A stretch of 17,922 bases of DNA from an uncultured bacterium (GCA_964510165.1 CAZEBC010000060.1:1-17922); one strand, 5' to 3'. Positions 8,531-16,608 are shown, numbered from the stretch's first letter. Numbers and translations are program-made. The notes: generated by a model not told the origin, from the letters alone.

Positions 8531-10159
8531 ATGCCCGAACAACCAATGACCAGAAGATCCCTCCTGAAATTCAGCGCCATCAGCGCCGCCGCCATCGGGC
8601 TTGCAGGGCTTGATATTTCCTGCGGTTCAAACGACAAGAAAGATATAGCATCCAGATTCGCCTTCGACCCCGAAATCTACGCCGACCGCGAACGGGACTC
8701 GCTTCCCGCCAGCGCCGTCATCAGAGAAATCCAGGGATTCAGCGGGCGCAGGCCCAACATAATCCTGATCCTGACCGATGACCTCGGGTACGGCGACCTC
8801 GGATGCTACGGAAGCAGGGCGATCAAGACCCCGAACATTGACGGCATGGCGTCGGAGGGCATTCGCTTCACGGACTTCCATTCATCGAACGCAATGTGTT
8901 CGCCCTCGCGGGCGGGGCTCCTCACCGGCAGATATCCGCATCGGACGGGCGTCACGTGGGTTTTCCCGGCGGGTGAGGACACACTCTCCCGGCGACTCAT
9001 GAGAAGAATCGGGCTCACCTTCGGCTCGATCGGGGCCGTCGATACGCACGGCGCAAAAAGCATTGCCAACGGACTGCCGCCCTCCGAAATCACCATTGCC
9101 GAAGCCCTGAAAATCGCAGGATACCAGACCGCGTGCATCGGGAAATGGCACCTCGGAGATTTCGTCAAGGACGAACAATACCTGCCGAGAAAACACGGCT
9201 TCGATTACTTCATCGGATTCAATGGCGCAAACGACGACTGGCCCGTCGCCTTCTGGCGCAACGAGGAGGAACTCGTCAAGGATATCGGCATCGATCAGGC
9301 CCGTTATACCGGCCTCTTCACGAAGGAGGCCGTTGACTTCATCGAGCGCTCCAAGGACACGCCCTTCTTCCTCTACCTCGCTCATAAGGACCCGCATCAG
9401 CCGTGCATACCATCCGAAAACTTCGTAAACAGGTCCGACGGCGGCAGACACGGCGACACTGTCGAAGAGGTTGACTGGAGCGTCGGCAAAATACTCAACT
9501 GCCTCCACAAAAACGGCCTCCAAGACAATACGCTCATTCTGTTCACCAGCGACAACGGCCCGTGGTACGACGGCAGCCCCGGCGCCCTCAGAGGCCGAAA
9601 AGGACAAAGCTTTGAGGGCGGCTACCGCGTCCCTCTGGTCGCGTGGTGGCCCGGCAACATCCCGGCGGGCGCCGTCTCCAACGAGCCTTCCATGAACATC
9701 GATTTCTTTCCGACGATTCTCAATCTCGCAGGACTCCAACTGCCCGATGACCGCATCATTGACGGGAAAGACATCCAGGGTTTGCTGACAGCCGCCGAAA
9801 AGGTATCCCCCCACGAGGCGCTTTTCTTCTTCCACTACAACGAACTCGAAGGCGTCAGGGCCGGCAAGTGGAAGTACTTCCGGTACATCAACTCTTACGT
9901 CAACCCGATCCCGCTGGATAAGCCGCATACCTTCTTCGGGGGCGTGACCAGCGGCTACACATATGAGCCGGAAGGGACGGACATCTCGGTGCCCGGCCTC
10001 GGCTCGTGGCCGCTCCTCTACGATATGGAACTCGACCCGGGCGAAAGCTACAACCTCATGAAGAAATATCCCGAAATCGGAAAACACATGCAGGAATTGA
10101 TGGAAACCTGGGAACACGAATTCGTCAAAAACCCCCGAGGATGGATCAAGAGAACGTGA
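8531..10159 (+). CDS. Tat-exported formylglycine-dependent sulfatase (arylsulfatase family)
   Basis: RPNIILILTDDLGYGD, CSPSRAGLLTGRY (CxPxR), GKWHLG, FTSDNGP, GRKG..FEGGYRVP and LYD...DPGESYNL. Start ATG 8531 gives MPEQPMTRRSLLKFSAISAAAIGLAGLDISC (twin-arginine signal). The ORF track 5' extension reads through repeats. Confidence 0.93.
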   Translation: MPEQPMTRRSLLKFSAISAAAIGLAGLDISCGSNDKKDIASRFAFDPEIYADRERDSLPASAVIREIQGFSGRRPNIILILTDDLGYGDLGCYGSRAIKTPNIDGMASEGIRFTDFHSSNAMCSPSRAGLLTGRYPHRTGVTWVFPAGEDTLSRRLMRRIGLTFGSIGAVDTHGAKSIANGLPPSEITIAEALKIAGYQTACIGKWHLGDFVKDEQYLPRKHGFDYFIGFNGANDDWPVAFWRNEEELVKDIGIDQARYTGLFTKEAVDFIERSKDTPFFLYLAHKDPHQPCIPSENFVNRSDGGRHGDTVEEVDWSVGKILNCLHKNGLQDNTLILFTSDNGPWYDGSPGALRGRKGQSFEGGYRVPLVAWWPGNIPAGAVSNEPSMNIDFFPTILNLAGLQLPDDRIIDGKDIQGLLTAAEKVSPHEALFFFHYNELEGVRAGKWKYFRYINSYVNPIPLDKPHTFFGGVTSGYTYEPEGTDISVPGLGSWPLLYDMELDPGESYNLMKKYPEIGKHMQELMETWEHEFVKNPRGWIKRT

Positions 10160-10202
10160 AGAAGATCGTCTCGCAGTTGTCATCCCCGCGTTCTCACGGC
10201 GC

Positions 10203-10230
10203 GTAGGAGCACGGCGCGCCGCGCCCCTAG
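10203..10230. repeat. GTAG-type REP-like palindrome
   Basis: GTAGGAGCACGGCGCGCCGCGCCCCTAG, an imperfect palindrome starting with GTAG, downstream of the sulfatase. Confidence 0.65.
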
Positions 10231-10339
10231 GCCAAACGAACCTCTCGTGCCCCCGCTGTCGTCTCTCGCCCGTTTTCTGCATAGTTAAAGATAGGAAAAT
10301 TCCAGCCTTCATTCATATCTGAACCCGAGGAGGCACGCC

Positions 10340-11803
10340 ATCATAACGAAAAGAAAGCCCACGCGCAGCCGAAAGCTGCTCACAACCACGCTCGGCAAGA
10401 CGGGCCGGACGGTTACCACGTTCGGGCTCGGCGGCCAGGGTTCAATCCAATGGCCCGGCCCCGGCATCGACGGCGAAAAGATAATCCTCAAGGCGCTCGA
10501 GATGGGCGTCAGATACTTCGACACCTCCAACATCTATGGCCCCAGCCAGACCACATTCGGCAAGGCCTTTCGCAGGCTTCATCTGATCCCGAACCGCGCA
10601 GGCTACGATGAGAAACGCAGGAGAGAGATATTTCTCGCGAGCAAGACGCACATGCGCATGGCGAAACCGTCCGATGGCGAGATCGGCCCCAACTCATGGT
10701 CCAACGGCGAGCGCGTCCGCTCCGCCCTTGATGACGTGCGCCGTTCGCTTTCTCAGATATTCGGCGACGGCAAGGGCAAGTACCCGAAGGGGGCCTATCT
10801 CGACCTCGTCCAGATTCACAACATCAACACGCTCGAGGAAATCGCCGCGATATATGAGGGCCTCGACAATCCCGACCCGCGCGCCGAACGTCTCGGCGCA
10901 CTCGCCGGACTCCTCGACCTCCGAGACGGCACAAACCGCACCGGCCTCAATCCGCGCAAGGAAAAGCTCATCCGCCACATCGGCATCACCGGTCACTGGA
11001 ACTCGCCCGCACTCATGGAGGCTATCCAGCGCGACGACATGGGCATTATCGACACGCTGCTCGTCGCGATCAACGCGAACGACCGCCGCTATTTCAACCA
11101 CCAGAACAATGTCATCCCCGTCGCGAAGGCGAAGGGGCTTGGCGTCATCGGCATGAAGGTGTTCGCCGACGCGAAGTTCTACGGGCGCGAATCGAACTCG
11201 TTTTCGAATTCGCCGGATGACGTGTACCTGGGTGTCGGGTCGAAGGAACTTCCCTCCGACCAGCTCATCCTGTACTCACTCAGCGTGCCCGGTGTGGATA
11301 TCCTCATCATCGGCATCGGACACATCAGCGATTCTGACGACCCGGCCGAGGACCAGCTTATCGCCGACATCAACGCCGCCCAACTGCATGAGCCGCTCTC
11401 GCGCGATGAGATGGATAAGGTGGAGCAGACGACCGCCGAAGCCGTCGGAACCGGCACCAACTACTTCCAACGGCCCCCGGTCGGCCTGACGCCTCCTCGC
11501 GGGCTGAGGGCGAACTTCGACAGCGACTACAGCGAGTTCGTCGGCGGAACCCCCGCCGTATACCTCGAATGGGACACCGCGTATGCGGGCAACGCCCCGC
11601 TTTCCCGTTATGAGGTCTATCGGGGCGAGCAGAAGATAGGCGAGGTTCCTCATACGCCGCAAACCTCGCTGAGGCCGTTCACATTGCGCGACCCCGAGGC
11701 CGCGCAGGGCCTGAACACCTACCGCGTGCGAACACTCGACGCCGAAGGCGCCCCAAGCGACTGGGCCGAAATATCCATCGAGTGCCCGGTGTACGCGTGG
11801 TGA
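10340..11803 (+). CDS. Aldo/keto reductase with C-terminal fibronectin type III-like domain; probable non-canonical (ATC/ATA) start
   Basis: In-frame upstream of ATG 10502 the sequence encodes the AKR N-terminal motif TLGKTGRTVTTFGLGGQG. Catalytic tetrad contexts are present: FDTSNIYG (D,Y), LASK and VQIH. The C-terminus LTPPRGLRA...VYLEWD...YEVYRG...NTYRVRTLDAEGAPS is FN3-like. RBS GAGGAGG lies at 10327-10333. Confidence 0.85.
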   Translation: MITKRKPTRSRKLLTTTLGKTGRTVTTFGLGGQGSIQWPGPGIDGEKIILKALEMGVRYFDTSNIYGPSQTTFGKAFRRLHLIPNRAGYDEKRRREIFLASKTHMRMAKPSDGEIGPNSWSNGERVRSALDDVRRSLSQIFGDGKGKYPKGAYLDLVQIHNINTLEEIAAIYEGLDNPDPRAERLGALAGLLDLRDGTNRTGLNPRKEKLIRHIGITGHWNSPALMEAIQRDDMGIIDTLLVAINANDRRYFNHQNNVIPVAKAKGLGVIGMKVFADAKFYGRESNSFSNSPDDVYLGVGSKELPSDQLILYSLSVPGVDILIIGIGHISDSDDPAEDQLIADINAAQLHEPLSRDEMDKVEQTTAEAVGTGTNYFQRPPVGLTPPRGLRANFDSDYSEFVGGTPAVYLEWDTAYAGNAPLSRYEVYRGEQKIGEVPHTPQTSLRPFTLRDPEAAQGLNTYRVRTLDAEGAPSDWAEISIECPVYAW

Positions 11804-11830
11804 TTCGCACGGAAACAGTTAATTCTTCCG

Positions 11831-11853
11831 GGACACCATGACTCATGGTGTCC
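11831..11853. repeat. Perfect 11-bp inverted repeat downstream of AKR gene
   Basis: GGACACCATGA-C-TCATGGTGTCC, flanked by aattc...gaatt; no U-tract. Confidence 0.6.
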
Positions 11854-11893
11854 TCGAATTACGCATTGCGCTGAGCGGCAACCGAGTTCCTTA

Positions 11894-11914
11894 GTAGGGG
11901 CGCATGCTGCGCCC
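11894..11914 (+). repeat. GTAG-type REP-like palindrome
   Basis: GTAGGGGCGCATGCTGCGCCC; shares its first 13 nt with the copy at 17804. Confidence 0.65.
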
Positions 11915-11934
11915 GCGCGCTCGTCGGAAATCTC

Positions 11935-11963
11935 TTGATTTCTCCTGCCTTTCCGTCTATCAT
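11935..11963 (+). promoter_or_regulatory. Sigma70-like promoter for C69 peptidase gene
   Basis: TTGATT-N17-TATCAT about 80 nt upstream of ATG 12043. Confidence 0.5.
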
Positions 11964-12042
11964 TACCAAAAATGCGAAAACTTGCTGTTTCTTGTCCCGC
12001 GCTTCGCGGGATTGGTGACTTGGTGGTTAAGGAAACCCAGAC

Positions 12043-13338
12043 ATGATCCCAATTTCGTGCGACACGCTCGTGGCGCTCTCAGACGCGACCGCCGACAAAT
12101 CCGTCATACTCGCGAAGAACAGCGACCGGCCCGCAGATGAAAGCCAGCCGCTTTTTCAGGCCCCCCGTCGCCGATATCCGCCCGGCTCGGTCCTGAAGTG
12201 CCAATACGTCGAGATTCCCCAGGTCGCTGAAACGCTCGCCCTCATAGGCTCGCGCCCTCACTGGCTGTGGGGCTTCGAACACGGCATGAACGAGTGCGGC
12301 GTCGCCATCGGGAACGAGGCGGTCTTCACGAAGGATGCCCTGCCGGAGCGCGGACTGCTCGGGATGGACCTTGTGCGGCTCGGCCTCGAACGCGCCAAGA
12401 CAGCCCGCGAGGCGCTCGACGTCATCGCCCTCCTCATTGATGAGCACGGACAGGGCGGCTCGGCCTACGAGCACCTCGAGTGGGGCTACAGCAACTCGTT
12501 CATCATCGCCGACCCCGCCGAGGCCTACATCCTCGAGACTTCCGCCCGCCAGTATGCCTGGAGGAAAGTGTCCGGGACCGCGAGCATTTCGAACCACATC
12601 GCGATCGGGGCCGATTGGCATGGCCTCTCGCACAACACGCGCGCACACGCGGTCTCCAACGGATGGTGGCCCGACGGAGCGAACGACCGACTCGATTTCT
12701 CGGCGGCCTATCGAAGCGTTGAGGTCGCGCCGCCTCAGATATCCGAGGGCAGGCTCCGCCAGTCGCAGTTGCTGCTCGAAGAACACCGCAGCCGAATCGC
12801 GCCCGAGACGATGATGCGATTCCTGCGCGACCATTATGACAGCGGCACAGTCTTCACGCCGGGCCGCGAGCCTGATGACCCCCGCTGCTATTCCATATGC
12901 ATGCATGCCGACCCCGTCGGCACTACAGCAGCCGGCATGGTCGCGCACCTCTCCAAAGACGGCCCGCGAACCTTTTGGGCAAGCCTTGGCAATTCCTGCT
13001 GCGGCGTGTTCATGCCGCTCTACGTCGAGGGCGAGCTGCCGCCGCTCCTCACGCGCGCGGGGTCGGAGTTCTCCAAAGATTCAGCCTGGTGGCTTTTCAA
13101 GAAACTGGATGAGTATGTCGCCAAGGATTACGCCACAAGAACGCCCCTCGTTCAAAACGCATGGCTCGACTTGGAGGCCAAATTCAGAACCGCCGCCGCC
13201 AGCATCAAGACCGAGGCCCAGTCTCTTCAAGCAGACAGGAAGAACGCCCAGGCGAGTTCGCTTCTCTCAGATTTCATGAAACGAAATCTTGACCAGGTCC
13301 TCAAGAGACTGTACGAGCTGCTTCAAGAGTTTGAATGA
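12043..13338 (+). CDS. Peptidase C69 / secernin-like Ntn-hydrolase (dipeptidase family)
   Basis: N-terminal SCDTLVAL with nucleophile Cys, AKNSDRP, WLWGFEHGMNECGVAIGNEAV, LLGMDLVRLGLERAKTAREA, YSNSFIIADP.EAYILET, MRFLRDH and SICMH. Confidence 0.92.
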   Translation: MIPISCDTLVALSDATADKSVILAKNSDRPADESQPLFQAPRRRYPPGSVLKCQYVEIPQVAETLALIGSRPHWLWGFEHGMNECGVAIGNEAVFTKDALPERGLLGMDLVRLGLERAKTAREALDVIALLIDEHGQGGSAYEHLEWGYSNSFIIADPAEAYILETSARQYAWRKVSGTASISNHIAIGADWHGLSHNTRAHAVSNGWWPDGANDRLDFSAAYRSVEVAPPQISEGRLRQSQLLLEEHRSRIAPETMMRFLRDHYDSGTVFTPGREPDDPRCYSICMHADPVGTTAAGMVAHLSKDGPRTFWASLGNSCCGVFMPLYVEGELPPLLTRAGSEFSKDSAWWLFKKLDEYVAKDYATRTPLVQNAWLDLEAKFRTAAASIKTEAQSLQADRKNAQASSLLSDFMKRNLDQVLKRLYELLQEFE

Positions 13339-13371
13339 ACAAGTTCAAAAACGGATAGGTACAAGTAAACC

Positions 13372-13399
13372 GCAGGGGCGGTTCCCAAACCGCCCCTGC
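13372..13399. repeat. REP-like 12-bp hairpin between convergent genes (may serve as bidirectional terminator/stabiliser)
   Basis: GCAGGGGCGGTT-CCCA-AACCGCCCCTGC perfect stem; no U-tract. Confidence 0.65.
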
Positions 13400-13435
13400 A
13401 ATCGGACAGGCGGCAAAAACCACTACGCCGTCACA

Positions 13436-14470
13436 CTACCTCTTGCGCGCCTTCGAACGGGCCGCGCGAGGGTTCTGGCGGGCCTTCTTGGTGGTCGAGA
13501 AATTGTTCTTGCTTTTCGTGTAATTCTTCTTGGTGGCCTTCGGGTTTTGGTCGGCCTTGTGATGAACTTTCTTCGTCATGCCCTGATGCTTGTCCGCATC
13601 TTTGTACAGCTTTTTCGTTCCCTGCTCGTGACCTTTTCCCTGCTTGTACGCCTCACGCGCTCCCTCAGGATGTGATTTGGCGTCGCGGTAGCCCTCCTTA
13701 GTCGCGCGAGGATGGCTCTTGCCAGCTCCATATACCTCACTTGCAGCGTCCTGATTCTTCTTGGCGTCGCCGTAGACTTGCTTGGTCGCGCGAGGATGGC
13801 TCTTGAGCGGGTCACCATACTTATAGGCCTCTTTCGAAACCTCCGGATGGCTTTCGAGCCATTTGCGGTCGGAATAAAGCTCCTTGGCGGCCTCGGGATG
13901 CTCGTTAAGATACAACCGGTTTGAATACATGGCCTTGGCCGCATCGGGATGCTCGTCAAGCCACTCTTTGTCCTTGTATATCTTCCTCGCGGTCCCCGGG
14001 TTCTCGTTCAGCCATTCGCCGTTCTTGAGGACCTCTTCCGTGACATCCGGATGCTGCTTCAGCCACTCGGCGTCGCTGAGTTTCGCGTCCGGATACTTCG
14101 TCTTCACGTCTTCCAGCGCGCGCCGCTCGTACTGGCGCCTGTGCTCCATCTCATACTGGCGCTGGGCTTTCGTCTCCTCATAGGAGAGCAGGCCGTCTCC
14201 ATCAGTGTCGGTAGCCTGGAAACGCGCCGAATCGCTGTAAAACTCGAAGCCCTTTTTCTCGGCCTGGATTTCGTCTCTGCTCAGAAACCCGTCCGCGTTC
14301 TTGTCGGCGGTGTTCCAGCGCTCCTGGTCATACTGGTCAAGATAATTCGACCCTTCAAAGGCTCTCATTTCCTCGTCGGCAACGGCGACCCGGGGCGACG
14401 CCGCACCCGCACACAATATGGAGAGGAACAACAACAAGACCGACCATTTGCCCCTTGTAAAGCATCTCAT
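13436..14470 (-). CDS. Secreted EF-hand protein with tandem 17-aa and 14-aa helical repeats and basic tail
   Basis: Signal peptide MRCFTRGKWSVLLLFLSILCAGAASPRVAVA, EF-hand loops DKNADGFLSRDE and DTDGDGLLSYEE, repeats W/Y-L-x-x-H/N-P, and RBS AAGGAGG. Confidence 0.85.
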   Translation of the reverse strand: MRCFTRGKWSVLLLFLSILCAGAASPRVAVADEEMRAFEGSNYLDQYDQERWNTADKNADGFLSRDEIQAEKKGFEFYSDSARFQATDTDGDGLLSYEETKAQRQYEMEHRRQYERRALEDVKTKYPDAKLSDAEWLKQHPDVTEEVLKNGEWLNENPGTARKIYKDKEWLDEHPDAAKAMYSNRLYLNEHPEAAKELYSDRKWLESHPEVSKEAYKYGDPLKSHPRATKQVYGDAKKNQDAASEVYGAGKSHPRATKEGYRDAKSHPEGAREAYKQGKGHEQGTKKLYKDADKHQGMTKKVHHKADQNPKATKKNYTKSKNNFSTTKKARQNPRAARSKARKR

Positions 14471-14617
14471 CGCGCTTCCTCCTTTTCAACCCCTGACCGT
14501 GTACTGATGTTTGGGCTCTTAGACGAAGCTCGTCAAGAATTATTCAATGAAGCCCCCCCACAATGCAACAGAGAGATAACCCATACGATAGGTTATCTCT
14601 CCGAACGGCAACGTATA

Positions 14618-14646
14618 ATTTTACCATCTCCGAAGCGTTTAGTCAA
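14618..14646 (-). promoter_or_regulatory. Sigma70-like promoter for EF-hand repeat gene
   Basis: Minus strand TTGACT-N17-TAAAAT with extended -10 TGg. Confidence 0.6.
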
Positions 14647-14680
14647 TCGCGGCAAACACTTCCTGCCCGAATCGCCCCTC

Positions 14681-15619
14681 TTAAACCAGCAACGCGTCAC
14701 GCAGTATCTCTATGTGACCGTTGGTCTGCTGCTGTTGGGCGCGACGATTCACCTCGCCGGCGACCTTCATCATCTGCGTACTGTCGCGAAACTTGATCCG
14801 CTCATTGGTTATTGCGCCGACCGCCAGCGACATCAGCGGATAATCCGTCGAGCCGCCCTCCTGATTTTCCACCTGAATCTGCCCGCGCTCGGCGTCAACC
14901 GCACTATAAAGAGAATTCCTGCGATGCTTGAACCGGAGCACCGCCTCATCGCAGTATCTCTCGAAGTCCTTCACCGAGAGCAATACCATGAAGTCGGGAC
15001 CGCCCAGATGCGAGATCGCGCATTCAAACACGCCCGTGTCCTGCGTGACCTCTTTCAATATTTCCGCCAGCAGGCTTATCACATTGTCTCGCTTCTCTGC
15101 GCCGTACAGCTTCACATACGGCGCGAAATGCATCAGGCTGAAATAGCACGCCGCCACAAGCTCCTCCCTGAACAGCTTGTTCGTGATTAATCGCTTGATG
15201 TAATCGCCTCCATAGAATCCCGTCAAAGAACTCTTCTGCATCATGCGGGCCTGCTTCTCCATGAGCGCCTTCACCTTCGCGAACAGCACTCCCAAATCGA
15301 ACGGCTTCACCAGATAGTCGTCCGCCCCCTGCTCCAGCGCATGGTTGACCTCCGGCTCGCCGCCCAACGCCGACAGCATCAGTATCGGCGTCATGAACAC
15401 CAGCGGGTCGCGCCTGACCTGTCGGCACAGTTCATAACCGTTGACCTTCGGCATCATGACATCCATGATCACAAGGTCAGGCTTCTTGGCCTTGATTACC
15501 GGAAACGCCTTGTCGCTCTCGGCTATGAAGATGCAGTTGTACCCCGCTTTCTGGAGCCGTTTTCGCATAATGGCCCCCAAATCCTGATCATCCTCGATAA
15601 TCGCAATGTTCCCGCTCAT
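14681..15619 (-). CDS. Response regulator receiver + degenerate GGDEF domain
   Basis: REC motifs IAIIEDD, LVIMDVMMP, MLSA and YLVKPF. The C-terminal domain starts SSLTGF, has HLGGPDF in place of GGDEF/GGDDF, and YPLMSLAVG. RBS AAAGGGAGG. Confidence 0.9.
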   Translation of the reverse strand: MSGNIAIIEDDQDLGAIMRKRLQKAGYNCIFIAESDKAFPVIKAKKPDLVIMDVMMPKVNGYELCRQVRRDPLVFMTPILMLSALGGEPEVNHALEQGADDYLVKPFDLGVLFAKVKALMEKQARMMQKSSLTGFYGGDYIKRLITNKLFREELVAACYFSLMHFAPYVKLYGAEKRDNVISLLAEILKEVTQDTGVFECAISHLGGPDFMVLLSVKDFERYCDEAVLRFKHRRNSLYSAVDAERGQIQVENQEGGSTDYPLMSLAVGAITNERIKFRDSTQMMKVAGEVNRRAQQQQTNGHIEILRDALLV

Positions 15620-15700
15620 CGTCGCGCCTCCCTTTCATAACGATGGTGATGATGAAATGATGTGAAATGAACAAAATTATGATTTACCACTCGCAGTGCA

Positions 15701-15716
15701 AGCAGGTTCTATGCCA
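15701..15716 (-). promoter_or_regulatory. Sigma54 (-24/-12) promoter for REC-GGDEF gene
   Basis: Minus strand TGGCATAGAACCTGCT = GG-N10-GC, about 80 nt upstream of ATG 15619. Confidence 0.65.
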
Positions 15717-15978
15717 GATGGGGGGGCGTTTACCTAAGTCAAACTGTATCAAGCGATAAGGCGTTCACTCCATCCAGTGGCTCGCCCAAGATCCCTACAC
15801 CGGTGTATGGTTTTGCGGCCCAAATGTATCATATTCTTACACTTGCCTGAACCGAATTGCGCCGGTGACCGGCAGCTCGCCCTCGAAACCGACAGGGCTT
15901 CATTTATCTTGGTGAGCGCTTGATGTGCCTGGTAATTGGCGGTTAAGAAGCATCTTTGCCCGTGGCTCCGCCGCGCGG

Positions 15979-16599
15979 CTAACCCTTTGTGACCGTGAAC
16001 AGCTTCAGAATATCCAGCCAGAGGTCTTTCTTCTCGAGCACGACCAGGCCGGACTTGCGGATGTTGGAAGCGGTGTCGCGGTTGATGTTCGCGCCGAACA
16101 TGCGGACCACCACGGGATTGATAATATCCATGAACTTCCCGAGAACGGGCCTCTTGCTCCTCACGTGCTCCAGGTGAAGTCCCCTCCCGCCGGGTTTGAG
16201 CACGCGGTTGATCTCCCGAAACCCCTGCACGGGGTCCGTCACCGAGCAGAACACGCAGGAGGTCACAACCATATCGAACGAGTCGTCCGGAAACGCCAGG
16301 CGCTGGACATCTCCGACCTGCAGGGAAAGATGGCCGCGAAAATCACCCGCCCGCATCTTCGCGCGCTCCAGCATTCTCGGGCTGATATCTATCCCGACCA
16401 GCTCCACGCCTTCCGGGTAATGCGTGAGGCTCTGGCCGGTCCCCACACCCACCTCGAGGACGCGGCCTCGCGTCGTGCCCACCAATTCGTGCTTGCGTAC
16501 GGCCAGCCTTGCGCCAAACATCGAATCCATGAAATCGAACATCCGCGCGTTGCGGTCGTACCGCAGCCGTGCGGGGTCTACTCTCTCACCCATGGTCAT
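15979..16599 (-). CDS. Class I SAM-dependent methyltransferase (Methyltransf_11-type)
   Basis: VLEVGVGTG, GIDISPRML, GDVQRLAFPDDSFDMVV, FCSVTDP, RVLKPGG and LEHVRS. Start is 16602, 16599 or 16593. Confidence 0.92.
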   Translation of the reverse strand: MTMGERVDPARLRYDRNARMFDFMDSMFGARLAVRKHELVGTTRGRVLEVGVGTGQSLTHYPEGVELVGIDISPRMLERAKMRAGDFRGHLSLQVGDVQRLAFPDDSFDMVVTSCVFCSVTDPVQGFREINRVLKPGGRGLHLEHVRSKRPVLGKFMDIINPVVVRMFGANINRDTASNIRKSGLVVLEKKDLWLDILKLFTVTKG

Positions 16600-16608
16600 C
16601 ACTTCCTC

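Noticed and set aside
8882-10312. 476-aa minus-strand ORF (and similar long ORFs 6873-7940, 12079-12948, 13949-15190, 15925-17304)
   Set aside because: Antisense shadows of well-supported genes, expected at high GC; no recognisable motifs.
13336-13347. TGAAC-AA-GTTCA as a LexA (GAAC-N4-GTTC) box
   Set aside because: Wrong spacing, and it lies at a gene 3' end between convergent genes.
13500-14065. CRISPR array or nucleotide tandem repeat suggested by 42/51-nt periodicity
   Set aside because: The periodicity is explained by in-frame protein repeats; there are no identical repeats with unique spacers and no cas genes.
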